From the NCBI GenBank assembly GCA_965267605.1, contig OZ254088.1:1354790-1418789 (forward strand): DNA of 64,000 nt. Reading direction: 5' to 3'. A program made the translations under genes and the position numbers. The notes under the pieces were generated by a model, which worked only from the letters and a program-made list of their open reading frames with translations, did no database searches and was not told the origin of the DNA. Of this stretch, positions 46,461 through 56,275 are shown piece after piece; the first letter of the stretch is position 1, and the number at the start of each line of letters is the position of its first letter. Source of the stretch: Vicingaceae bacterium. GTDB taxonomy: Bacteria > Bacteroidota > Bacteroidia > Flavobacteriales_E > Vicingaceae.

Positions 46461-49400
46461 CTACCTACCACCAACACCTATAGTATTGGAATTGTTCTTA
46501 GGTGCTGATGGTTTCACAGTTGGTTTCGTAGGCGTTGTTGGACGCGTGGCTGGCTTTGTCGTCTTCACCGGAGTGGTCGGCTTTGTAGTTGCAGGTTTCG
46601 TGGCTGGCTTGCTCGCAGGCTTGGAACTGCCGCTACTAATCACCTTACCTACATTCTTAATTACACTTGGTGTTGTAGGTTTCGGCTGTGGCTTTGGCTG
46701 CGGTTTTGGTTGCGACACTGGCTTCGTTGGAGCCGGCTTGCTTGGTGCAGGCTTCGTTACCTTAGGAGCAGGACGCGGGGCTGGCCTAGGAACCGGCTTT
46801 GGAGCTGGCTTAGGTTTACCTTCCAATCCACCTGTTCCAGTTGCTGGAACAGGTCTTTTCACCGGACCATTCCTTACACCGCCCGGTGGAGCCATCCTTC
46901 TCTGGTTTCCTCCGCCCGGAGTACATGAGCTAGCCTCGCTCAATGTTACCAGTATAACGCAATCCTGAAGATCGTACCAGCTAACATTGGTCTTGTTCGT
47001 ACCAAGCTCAAATAGGTAGATCGCCTGGTTTGGTTGCAATACCATCTTACCATTCGCAACATACCCAGTCAGGTAAGCTTCAATATTGCTTTGTCCTGCA
47101 AATCCTGGCACATTAGGAACAGGATCGTTATGACGCAACACTTTCACAAACGCTGGGTGCGAAGCTGAGCTATACTGGTACGCAGGAGAACTTTGGTTGC
47201 TCGGACTGTAAGATTTCGCTTTAACAGTGATGTTGGTATTCGCTGGATATGTTGATGGCGATTTCCACACGTGCTGATATCCATCGTTCACATCGCTGGA
47301 AGTATTGAAGCCGGCATAGGTTCCAAACGGATCCACGGTGGAGCCACCAAAGTTCACTTGTACCATAACCGGGTAATTCGCTCCAGTACCGCCTACCTTA
47401 AGCGCACATCCCAGTACCTTGACCTCAGCGCAGTAGGTCTTGTTCGGCTTCACTCCGCCACCCCCAATATCGAAGTCGAACGGCTCACACTTGATGGTTA
47501 CAGAACCCGAAGCCATTCCTGCCCTGGTCTGTGCTGTTACCGTATAAGTATGTGTTCCAGTGATATTGTCAGTCCATTTTACACGATTGTTTGAGAATGT
47601 CCATCCATTAAACATTTTACCATCTTTCTTCACCTTGATCTCATTCTGCTTAGCGTTCAATACCTCAAACTCCACTTCTGCAATACAATCGTCATCAGTA
47701 AATGGTGAAGAGCCCGGCTTCTTCAATGTTACCACCGGAGGCGGATCACAAGGCCCCAGGTAATCTCCATGGGCCTGGTGGGCTGGCCAGGCACTCTTAG
47801 GAATTGTAATGGTTTGAGGGTTACCATGATTTCCCGGTGGAATGTGACAAATAGTAATTCTCTCCTCACAGGTTACTGTTCCGCTAGCCGATGCACTACC
47901 TCCTGCATTTGTTACGCTAACTGTATAATTAACTGTGCCTGTAATTGTTTCTTTCCACGTCACCTGATTGTTGCCAAACGACCAGCCTGTGAACGGAGCC
48001 CCATTCTTAGTAACAGTTACTTGGTTAGCGGAACTGATATTCGTTGTTGTGAACTTCATATCAGCCTCGCAGTTAGGGTCCGTATAAGGAGATTGCCCAG
48101 GTTTTGTCCTCACCACAGTTGGAGGTGGCGGACATGCACCTTGAATTGCTCCTTGAGCCTGATAAGAAGCCCATTGGCTTTGCTTAATCGTCTTGGTCTG
48201 CGTATTGTGGCAGATCGTAATATCTGGATCACAATCAATGATTGCTGTTACGCTTGCAGTTCCACCTGGGGTGGTTGCTGTCACCACATAAGTTGTTTTG
48301 CCTGTGATATTATCATTCCATGTAATCTGGTTGTTGGCAAAATTCCAGTTCGTAAATGGTGAGCCATTCCTCGTTACCGTAAGCTCATTCCGGCTATTCA
48401 CGAACTTCGACTCAACAATCACATCTGCCTTGCAATTTGGATCCATGTACGGAACCGTAGCTGGCTTCTTCAGTGTAAGAATTGGCCTTGGCGTCATTGA
48501 ATTCGAACAAGGCCCTTTCGTTGCCCCTTTAGACTGATAGGTTGGCCACTCGCTTTCCTTAATCTGAACAGCCTTAGGTGAAAGCTGACCTGGTGCTTTG
48601 TAGCAGATCCAAATCAATTTATCACACTTGATCGTGATAGAGGCACTGGCCGAACCTGCCGAATTTGTTCCTGTGATGACATACGTTGAATTCTTCGCAA
48701 TTTGATCCGTGAAGACCACCAAGCCATTGGTGTACGTCCACTTGCTCACTGGGAACACTGCGCCATCCTTTTTGATAACCACACCTTGCTTCAGTTTCAC
48801 GTTGGTTACCATAGCCTTAACCGTTTCTGTACAAGTGGTACTCGTGTAAACCGGTCCCTGCGGTTGCGTAATCGTAACCGTTGGCGGCAGCTCCTTGATA
48901 GGCTTAGTGTAGAAAATGCTTGTTGTCGCACTTGCCACGCCTACCCCGTTGTTCACTGTAATAACAACAGGATTTCCACCAGGCTTCAGGTTAGCTGTGA
49001 ATTGAATGGTTTGTGTAGCGCTGCTGAATGTGAATGCAGTTAAACCTTGTCCGTTTAAAGTCACTGTAATCTGTGACTTGGTAGAAATGTAAGTAGTGGT
49101 TGCCTTTACAACATGTGTAGCCTTGTTTGTTGAGAATGGATTCGTGCCCGGATCGGTGATCTTAACGGTTGGAGGCAATACCTTTGGCACTGGTGTGTAG
49201 ATCACCGTAGCTGACTTCGAATCACTCCCAGCACTATTTGTTGCCGTAACCGTAAGAACATTGTTCCCTTTGGCAAGTGTACTCTTTAAGGTTACCTGCC
49301 CTGTAAGTGTATTGAAGCCAAAGTTGCTTTGAGGCGCACCGTTCAGGCTAACTTTTACCTGTGATGCCGTATTTACATTGAGCACCTTTGCTGTCCACGT

Positions 49401-52400
49401 GAACGGTGCCGTCTGAACATTCTTCGGGCTTGTTGACGGATTCGTGATCTTAACAATAGGTGGAACCACTTTAGGCTTAGGCTTCTGGTATATCACCGTT
49501 GCGCTCTTACTATCTGTTCCCGCACTATTGGTTGCTGTAACCTGCAACAGGTTGCTTCCTAACACCAGGTTGGATGGAAGTGAAACAACTCCCGTTGAAG
49601 GTGTAAAGCTGAAGGTATTGGTCTGCGCGCCATTCAGTTTCACCACGATCTGATTCTTATTGGTAACGTTCAACACCTTCGCAGTCCATGTGAAAGACGC
49701 TCCCTGAACACTCATTGGAGAGATCAAAGGGTTGGTGATCGTAACCACGGGTGGAAGAACCTTCTCTGCAAGGATCGTAGTACCAGATCTTGTGGCTGAG
49801 CCCACCGAATTGGTAGCCGTTACCTTGAAGATATTGCTTCCCTTAATTAGTGTTGAAGGAAGTGTTACCTCACCTGTGTTAGCGTTGAAGGTATAGTTCG
49901 TTACCGTCTGCCCGTTTCGCTGCACCACCAACTGGTTCTTGTTCGTGATGTTAGTAACAACTGCTTTGAAGGTGTATGCTGCATTATAAACAGTCTTCGG
50001 GCTAGGTGAAGGAGCCGTAATCACCACTGTTGGTGGCAGCAACTTAGGTTGCTTCACATAGTTGATAACCACATTGTCAGAAGCTGAACCTGCTGAATTC
50101 GTACCCTTTAACGTTACAGAGTTAGATCCCAGTATCAAATTCAATGGCACCGTTACCTGCATCGTATTTGCGTTAAACGTGAAGTTGCTTTGATTAGCGC
50201 CATTCACTGTTAGTTGCAACTGACTCTTCTGGCTGATATTGGTTACCTGGGCGATAGCTGTGTATTGTGCAACCCCTGACTGGGCCGGGGAAACTGACGG
50301 CACAATAAACTTCACTGTAGGAGGATTAACCAACTTAGGCTTGTAAACAATCTGCGTAGACGCCTGAGCCGTTCCATCCTTGTTCGTTCCAATTACCGTA
50401 ATGTTGTTGCTACCCGGCACCAGTGTTAGTGGCAACTGTACCTGCCCGGTTCCAGGAATGAACGTGAAGTTTGTGGTTGTTGCACCGTTCACCTTCACAG
50501 TTACCTGGCTCTTCATGGTTACATACAGCACAGTTGCAAGCGCGTTGTAGTTTGCGCTATACACTGTTTTTGGACTCACCGCTGGAATCTGGAAAGACAC
50601 TATTGGAGGTCTCTTCGGAAGCACCGGGGGTGCGTATTCAATCACTGTTGACTTACTATCCTTTCCATACGCGTTTGTACCTGTGATCTTCACCGTATTC
50701 GCTCCCTTGAGCAGGTTAACCGGAATTGAGATCTGTTTGGTACTGGTAGAATATGTAAAGTTCAATGTGATGGAACCATTGATAGACACCACGATGTCTT
50801 TGGAAGACTTCACATGATGCACCGTACCACTTACCATGAACTGGTTGACGTTCACCTTGTACGGTGATGTAGCCGGTTGCAAAATGGTAACTACTGGAGG
50901 CGGACCAGAATCCTCGATCTGATATACGATCAGAGTTGCATCCTTTGCAGTTCCATCGGCATTCTTACCCATCAGTTCGAATGCGTTGTTGCCTTTGATC
51001 AATGTGGCCTGATACTCAAATTCGCCCGTTGTGGTATTGTACTTGAAGCCAGTAATCGATTTTCCATTCTGCTTGAAGTACAGATTCTTGGCATCGGTCA
51101 CATTCTTCACCTGAGCCTTAACCAGATAACTACTGTTCTTAACGGTGGCAGGTGATGTTGCAGGATCTGTGAAATTCACCAATGGTGGGTTCTTCGCCTG
51201 TACCTGCTTATAGAATATCGTCATTTGATCCTGGGCTGTTCCATCCAGATTCTTACCCTTGATCACTACTGAGTTCGCTCCCGGAACCAGAGGGTGTGTT
51301 GCAATTACCTTTTTGGTATTGGCATTGTAAACGAAATCGTAAATACGCTTACCGTTGAACAAGTACTCGATATCAGTCTTACTCCCCACGTACTTAACAT
51401 CTGTTGTAACTGTAGTGCTTGGTACGCTTGTGTTGTACGGTCTTGTATTTGGAACAATGATGTTCACGATCGGTGGGCGCTTGTCCGCAAGCTTTCCTCC
51501 GCCAACACCACCGGAACCAGAACCTCCGCTACCGCCAGAGCCACCGGAACCACCTCCACCAGAGCCGGAACCTCCGCCTCCACCGATGCCTCCGCCAGCT
51601 CCGCCACCACCGGAACCATCCCACTTATCCCAATCGATAGGTTTGCGCCCGAATTGCCATTCAACCGTAAGCCCTACGAAATGCTGAACATCATTCTTGA
51701 ACAAACCGGTTCTCGGGGCCTCAAAAGCCTGACCATCCAACTCACTGTGTAGTGGGAACGTCATTTTATGCTCAAAGATCATAGCAAAGCCCTGACCCAG
51801 TTGGTATCCAATACCATAGCCAAGGGTTGGTGCAAGGATGGAATTTCTTCTTCGGCTGTTAAATCCGTCTGATTCGTATTCACGGTCTCGGATTATTCCA
51901 CCTCTACCCTGTCCATCTGCTACGTTATCCCAGTTGTAAGGAGTGTTGCGGTCTTTCTGATCAATGTTGACTTTAGTGCTATAAAGTCCACCTCCACCAA
52001 ATCCATATAGCACGATGCCAGTCTGCTCGCGCAATCTGTTAAGACCAAGTACGAGTTCAGCAGAAGCTTCGTGCGCCAGTGTTGAATGATTGGCGAAATA
52101 CCTACCACCAAGAGAGTCCGTAAAGTTTAGTGAAGGATCGTATGTTCCATTCACTGAAGGATCAATGTTTGCTGTGAACGAGGGATCTCTGTCTGCACCT
52201 AGAGTCCAGGCACATAGATAACGTGCTCGTATATCAACGTGCAGGAAGCGTCCTCTTTTCTTGTAAATGGAGAAGCCGAAATGGCCTCCACCGCCTAACC
52301 CGGCCTTGTCATCTACATCACTGGTTTGAAATGCACCTCCAAAGCTGGCACCTAGTTGAAATCTACCACCGTTTGTGTGAGTGAATGTATTCTGCCCAAA

Positions 52401-52463
52401 GGAATTGGGAAGAAGAAAAACGATGAGAATGAGCGAAAAAAAGTAGCGTAATTTCCTGTTCAT
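46461..52463 (-). CDS. Giant surface protein of about 2,000 aa: signal peptide, an N-terminal OMP beta-barrel-like domain of about 260 aa, a poly-Gly/Ser linker, more than 13 tandem Ig-like repeats, three Cys-containing modules of about 120 aa, and a basic Pro/Thr/Lys-rich C-terminal tail
   Basis: Signal peptide MNRKLRYFFSLILIVFLLPNSFGQ. Alternating-hydrophobic strands end in ...FVGLTVEWQF (aromatic-terminal barrel signature). The linker is GGGGAGGGIGGGGGSGSGGGGSGGSGGSGGSGSGGVGGG. The repeats have the pattern PP.V.I..P..SP..V....FT..A.V.NV..K.Q..V..NG....NF.F...TG.V.LP..L..G.N...VTATN..G. Start trimmed to ATG 52463. Confidence 0.8.
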   Translation of the reverse strand: MNRKLRYFFSLILIVFLLPNSFGQNTFTHTNGGRFQLGASFGGAFQTSDVDDKAGLGGGGHFGFSIYKKRGRFLHVDIRARYLCAWTLGADRDPSFTANIDPSVNGTYDPSLNFTDSLGGRYFANHSTLAHEASAELVLGLNRLREQTGIVLYGFGGGGLYSTKVNIDQKDRNTPYNWDNVADGQGRGGIIRDREYESDGFNSRRRNSILAPTLGYGIGYQLGQGFAMIFEHKMTFPLHSELDGQAFEAPRTGLFKNDVQHFVGLTVEWQFGRKPIDWDKWDGSGGGGAGGGIGGGGGSGSGGGGSGGSGGSGGSGSGGVGGGKLADKRPPIVNIIVPNTRPYNTSVPSTTVTTDVKYVGSKTDIEYLFNGKRIYDFVYNANTKKVIATHPLVPGANSVVIKGKNLDGTAQDQMTIFYKQVQAKNPPLVNFTDPATSPATVKNSSYLVKAQVKNVTDAKNLYFKQNGKSITGFKYNTTTGEFEYQATLIKGNNAFELMGKNADGTAKDATLIVYQIEDSGPPPVVTILQPATSPYKVNVNQFMVSGTVHHVKSSKDIVVSINGSITLNFTYSTSTKQISIPVNLLKGANTVKITGTNAYGKDSKSTVIEYAPPVLPKRPPIVSFQIPAVSPKTVYSANYNALATVLYVTMKSQVTVKVNGATTTNFTFIPGTGQVQLPLTLVPGSNNITVIGTNKDGTAQASTQIVYKPKLVNPPTVKFIVPSVSPAQSGVAQYTAIAQVTNISQKSQLQLTVNGANQSNFTFNANTMQVTVPLNLILGSNSVTLKGTNSAGSASDNVVINYVKQPKLLPPTVVITAPSPSPKTVYNAAYTFKAVVTNITNKNQLVVQRNGQTVTNYTFNANTGEVTLPSTLIKGSNIFKVTATNSVGSATRSGTTILAEKVLPPVVTITNPLISPMSVQGASFTWTAKVLNVTNKNQIVVKLNGAQTNTFSFTPSTGVVSLPSNLVLGSNLLQVTATNSAGTDSKSATVIYQKPKPKVVPPIVKITNPSTSPKNVQTAPFTWTAKVLNVNTASQVKVSLNGAPQSNFGFNTLTGQVTLKSTLAKGNNVLTVTATNSAGSDSKSATVIYTPVPKVLPPTVKITDPGTNPFSTNKATHVVKATTTYISTKSQITVTLNGQGLTAFTFSSATQTIQFTANLKPGGNPVVITVNNGVGVASATTSIFYTKPIKELPPTVTITQPQGPVYTSTTCTETVKAMVTNVKLKQGVVIKKDGAVFPVSKWTYTNGLVVFTDQIAKNSTYVITGTNSAGSASASITIKCDKLIWICYKAPGQLSPKAVQIKESEWPTYQSKGATKGPCSNSMTPRPILTLKKPATVPYMDPNCKADVIVESKFVNSRNELTVTRNGSPFTNWNFANNQITWNDNITGKTTYVVTATTPGGTASVTAIIDCDPDITICHNTQTKTIKQSQWASYQAQGAIQGACPPPPTVVRTKPGQSPYTDPNCEADMKFTTTNISSANQVTVTKNGAPFTGWSFGNNQVTWKETITGTVNYTVSVTNAGGSASASGTVTCEERITICHIPPGNHGNPQTITIPKSAWPAHQAHGDYLGPCDPPPVVTLKKPGSSPFTDDDCIAEVEFEVLNAKQNEIKVKKDGKMFNGWTFSNNRVKWTDNITGTHTYTVTAQTRAGMASGSVTIKCEPFDFDIGGGGVKPNKTYCAEVKVLGCALKVGGTGANYPVMVQVNFGGSTVDPFGTYAGFNTSSDVNDGYQHVWKSPSTYPANTNITVKAKSYSPSNQSSPAYQYSSASHPAFVKVLRHNDPVPNVPGFAGQSNIEAYLTGYVANGKMVLQPNQAIYLFELGTNKTNVSWYDLQDCVILVTLSEASSCTPGGGNQRRMAPPGGVRNGPVKRPVPATGTGGLEGKPKPAPKPVPRPAPRPAPKVTKPAPSKPAPTKPVSQPKPQPKPQPKPTTPSVIKNVGKVISSGSSKPASKPATKPATTKPTTPVKTTKPATRPTTPTKPTVKPSAPKNNSNTIGVGGR

Positions 52464-52524
52464 AAGCAATACGTTTCCTCTAGCTGTAGCAGTTATCATG
52501 CCAAAAGGAATATTGCCCTAAAAG

Positions 52525-52560
52525 TATAATAAAAAAGCCCCCCGTTACACGGGGGGACTC
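52525..52560 (-). terminator. rho-independent terminator (minus strand), 60-100 bp upstream of the giant gene's start
   Basis: Minus-strand RNA reads GAGUCCCCCC-gugUAAC-GGGGGGCUUUUUUAUUAU, a GC-rich 6-bp stem followed by a U-run. Confidence 0.6.
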
Positions 52561-52976
52561 TCTTCGTATAGTGTACCGATTCCCTCTCGGTTTATTTGCT
52601 CTAATACATTGGATTAGAGGCTACTACAAGCGCATCAATGAATTGCTGCATAGCCTTTACACAATACCTCGAAGAACCGGAAACGGGCGAAAAGGCACGC
52701 TCGCTATGGACATGGTAATTCTCTGTGCCTGATATAACCAGATTGTCCGCCCATTCCGGTTGTACATCGCTTCTTAGGATCAGTGACGTTGACCTATTAA
52801 CCGCTACCTGCTGACAAGCCAAGTCCACCTTTCCAGACTTAGCTCTCGCATATGAAGAAATGTCACGGATCCAACCTAACGCTAGAATCGATGTTTTTCG
52901 AGATTTCATACCCCTTTAACACCAAACCCTCAGGATTCCACAAATGGGTTAGAAAAACTTGATCAAACTGGCTGTA

Positions 52977-55604
52977 CTATCTGGAAACACTAATCTTCCT
53001 CACCACCTTGTCTCTTTCAGGTGAGGTAATGGTTAATAGATATGTACCGGAAGGCAATTCACGAACAGGCAACTTCAGATGGTTCAAGCCATTATGGGTA
53101 GGATACGTTGTAGAACTAACCTGCTTACCTGCAATATCGTGGATATCTAATTGCACTCCATGGCCCTTCGAGTGAAATTCAATCCTGAACAGATCATTGG
53201 TTGGATTGGGATAGATCAATACATTTTCCAGACTTGGTTTCTTGATCTCAATACCACTTACAAGATCTTCATACAATGGGGTTTCCCACACTCCTCTACC
53301 GTACGTGGCCACACGAAGCCTACTTTCACCGGGACTCCCATAGAAGATCTCGAGTTCACGCGTCTCCACGTGTGGTAAATTGTTGTCGTAAAGCGTCCAG
53401 GCATTCAGGTTATCATTCCTATAGTATATGGCTCCATCTGTTGCCAGGTACATTCCTCTGGTCCCCGTTCTGTCAAATACAATTGATTTAAGAGGTACTG
53501 CAGGTAAGGCTGAATCCATCCTGGTCCAGGTTTGTCCAGCATTCTCACTGATGTAAACAAAGCCAACGGAGGTACACACTGCAACCCTGTTCTCATCAAA
53601 GGGGTCCACTGCAATGTCATTGATGTTACCACCTATAGTACCAGGCAGGTACTGCCAAATAGGAGCTCCGGATAACACGTTGGTTGATTTATACACCCTG
53701 CTTTGTGCAGCAACGTATATGTAATGGATATTGGATGGACACAATTCAATATGCGAGAGCTTCCCCACAAACTGGAAGTTCTTAGAAACATTCACCCATG
53801 CGATGTTGGTATCACCGAAGCTGTCATGGCGATACAGAGTATCGTACCCCACAAATACACGATTTCCAGTGTTTTCATCAACGGCCATAGGTGTTAACCA
53901 GTTGCCATCTCCATGCTGAGGGGGTTTCTCTGGACGGTACCTTGAAAAACCACCATTATCAGTTCTGATCAAATGTCCATACTGAGTGGCAGCGATCTGC
54001 ATGCTATCATTTTTTGGGTGTATCCAACACTCCATTCCATCCGCACCGTACCAGTGTCTCCACTTGTGCTGAGACCCAACCATCATATTCAAACCATTAT
54101 CCTGGGCGCCACTCGCCATCAAATCTTTATTCAGATGGGAATTCCCAATCCTATACAGCTGATGAATGCCCATGCCACTGGTAAGATCTACAAAGTCATT
54201 TCCTTGATTGATGCTTTTGAACAAGCCCCCATCTGAACCTACGTAGATCACACCATTGATGTACTTAATAATCTCTATATCCGCATGTACGTACGTTCTC
54301 GTTTCTGAAGGGTTTCCGAGCTTCGTTTTACCCCAAACCCAATGGCACTGATGTGTAAACGAAACGCCTCCATCGAGTGATTTATACATGTGCAGCCCTC
54401 CAATGTGTACCTCGTTGGGGTCCGTATTTGAAGCTGCAATAGCCATGTCCCGGTACGACTGTCTTCCTATATAGTCCTTGCCACCTGTGTAGTCTGTTTG
54501 GATGGAAAAATTAGATCCCCCGTCAACTGAACGGTAGAGGTAACCAAACTCCCAGGTACCGGTGCTGTCTTTCTTGTCCTGAACGATGTACACCATATTG
54601 GTATCTGCAGGTGTTACGGCAAGCTTCATTCTATTGGAACCTACGATGCCGTTTGAAACAACATTGAACGTATTACCACCGTCAACAGACCTAAAGAATC
54701 TGGTGCCACAAGCATACATAATGTTGTTGTTACCAGGCTTGTACATGACATCTTCAACAGACCCCACTACCAACTGATTCCAGGTAGCTCCACCATCGGT
54801 CGTTTTGAACAAACCAACGTAACGCATCGCCACATAGATAACATTCGGATTTCCAGGCTCCACCAGGATCGTAGTAATTTTTCCCGTGTTGATGAGCTGT
54901 GGAATCTGCGTAAAAGTGCTTCCCCCATCCGTACTTACCATCAATCCTACATTGTTAGCGATATAGAGTTTATTAGCCACATTCGGATCTACGCCAATCG
55001 CCCAGATCTCCATATCGTTAAACTGATCACCCATAGGCATCCATGAGTTACCCCCGTTGGCCGACTTCCAGAATCCACCGCCCGGAGAACCTACATACAT
55101 CAATTGTTGCTGAACGGGCTCAATGTAACAGGCAGTAACCCTACCAACGCCCGGTGCGTAACCCGATGTTACATCGTAAGACAATGGTCCTAGCTCCGTC
55201 CAGTTACCAAGGCTCTTATTCCCTGATTTAAGGTTACTATGCACTTCTTTAATAGCCGCTGCCTGCGCCTTCTTACTCATTACAGTCCCATCAGCCTGAA
55301 GTTTGAGCTGTGCGCCATGTTCCCAACGTTTGAATAGCTTATAACCTGACCCAGGTCCTCTACCCGCTTTATCGAAATACTTTTTTGCAGCGTCTTGAAC
55401 CTTTTTGAGTTCCACTCCATCCTGCTCCATCAACTCAAAGAGTTCCTGACTGTTTCCAGACAAAGGAAGCACCAGCATTGCAATCACTGCAACACTTAAT
55501 GAGCGTATGTAGCCGGTCTTCACAATGGAATATCTCATGCTCACTAAATAAAAGGATTCCTCTAAATTACTTTGGTTAGTGCGAATATTATAACCAGATT
55601 TCAA
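52977..55604 (-). CDS. BNR/sortilin-repeat beta-propeller protein with a T9SS type A C-terminal sorting domain (paralog of 39803..42331)
   Basis: STDGGSTF, TTDGGATW, SVDGGNTF, SENAGQTW repeats. The C-terminal VLIYPNPTNDLFRIEF...GTYLLTITS...KISVSR is a T9SS C-terminal domain. Confidence 0.8.
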   Translation of the reverse strand: MKSGYNIRTNQSNLEESFYLVSMRYSIVKTGYIRSLSVAVIAMLVLPLSGNSQELFELMEQDGVELKKVQDAAKKYFDKAGRGPGSGYKLFKRWEHGAQLKLQADGTVMSKKAQAAAIKEVHSNLKSGNKSLGNWTELGPLSYDVTSGYAPGVGRVTACYIEPVQQQLMYVGSPGGGFWKSANGGNSWMPMGDQFNDMEIWAIGVDPNVANKLYIANNVGLMVSTDGGSTFTQIPQLINTGKITTILVEPGNPNVIYVAMRYVGLFKTTDGGATWNQLVVGSVEDVMYKPGNNNIMYACGTRFFRSVDGGNTFNVVSNGIVGSNRMKLAVTPADTNMVYIVQDKKDSTGTWEFGYLYRSVDGGSNFSIQTDYTGGKDYIGRQSYRDMAIAASNTDPNEVHIGGLHMYKSLDGGVSFTHQCHWVWGKTKLGNPSETRTYVHADIEIIKYINGVIYVGSDGGLFKSINQGNDFVDLTSGMGIHQLYRIGNSHLNKDLMASGAQDNGLNMMVGSQHKWRHWYGADGMECWIHPKNDSMQIAATQYGHLIRTDNGGFSRYRPEKPPQHGDGNWLTPMAVDENTGNRVFVGYDTLYRHDSFGDTNIAWVNVSKNFQFVGKLSHIELCPSNIHYIYVAAQSRVYKSTNVLSGAPIWQYLPGTIGGNINDIAVDPFDENRVAVCTSVGFVYISENAGQTWTRMDSALPAVPLKSIVFDRTGTRGMYLATDGAIYYRNDNLNAWTLYDNNLPHVETRELEIFYGSPGESRLRVATYGRGVWETPLYEDLVSGIEIKKPSLENVLIYPNPTNDLFRIEFHSKGHGVQLDIHDIAGKQVSSTTYPTHNGLNHLKLPVRELPSGTYLLTITSPERDKVVRKISVSR

Positions 55605-55702
55605 CCCAATGAGGAATGCTAAGTCTACCGGTAATTGTGAAGTACTTCGCTACGTGGAAGACTTGAAGTAGTTGAAAATTCCTTATCCTTAAACATCTCT
55701 AG

Positions 55703-56275
55703 ATGAAGGAACGTTCAGATAGCGAGTTGGTTGCAGAATTCAAAGCTTCTGGCGATCCCGCATGCGTGGGGGAGCTTTTCTCTCGCTATCACGGACTTAC
55801 CTCAGTCCTTTGCATGAAGATCCTCAAGGATCCAGACAAAGTGCAGGATGCCATGATGGATGTGTACGAGCGCGTCATCAATAAACTACCCACCCATAAC
55901 GTCACCAACTTCAGTGCGTGGGTGTACAGCATTGCACGAAATCATTGCCTAAATCTGGTTACCCGCAACAAAGAAGTTCGGCTTGATCCGGATAATCATA
56001 AAATTCCCGGTGAGGATTTTATGGAAAATGAGAATGCCTTGGGTCAAATCATCGAAAGAGAGGAAAACCTCACTGATCTGGAAGACTGTGTTGAACAACT
56101 GAAGGATGAACAGAAGACATGTATTAAACTGTTTTTTCTTCAGCAACTATCTTACAATCAGATTGTTGAGAAAACCACTTTCAACATGAAGAAAGTAAAG
56201 AGCTTCATACAAAATGGTAAAAGAAATCTACGTATTTGCATAGAACGAAAACAAGATGAACGAGGGGAATCATAA
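55703..56275 (+). CDS. RNA polymerase sigma-70 factor, ECF subfamily
   Basis: Region 2 (FSAWVYSIARNHCLNLVTR) and region 4 HTH (QKTCIKLFFLQQLSYNQIVEKT). Confidence 0.85.
   Translation: MKERSDSELVAEFKASGDPACVGELFSRYHGLTSVLCMKILKDPDKVQDAMMDVYERVINKLPTHNVTNFSAWVYSIARNHCLNLVTRNKEVRLDPDNHKIPGEDFMENENALGQIIEREENLTDLEDCVEQLKDEQKTCIKLFFLQQLSYNQIVEKTTFNMKKVKSFIQNGKRNLRICIERKQDERGES

Noticed and set aside
46486-46968. Gly/Val/Phe-rich 160-aa + strand ORF, and the Pro-rich ORF at 51355..51687
   Set aside because: They are antisense to the PT/K-rich tail and the poly-Gly linker of the giant gene. These are classic shadow ORFs of low-complexity coding DNA.
52601-52909. 102-aa minus-strand ORF between the BNR gene and the giant gene
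   Set aside because: It has no signal peptide or motifs and an odd Ser/Arg/Leu composition. I kept the interval as a possible ncRNA or long UTR in the findings rather than calling a CDS.
52561-52976. RNase P RNA or tmRNA in the non-coding gap
   Set aside because: I compared the reverse complement by eye with the RNase P P4 consensus (GGAAAGUCCGGGCUCC) and with tmRNA ends (GGGG...; ...UCCACCA). Only GGAAAGGUGGACUUGG-like partial resemblance was found. That is not enough to call.
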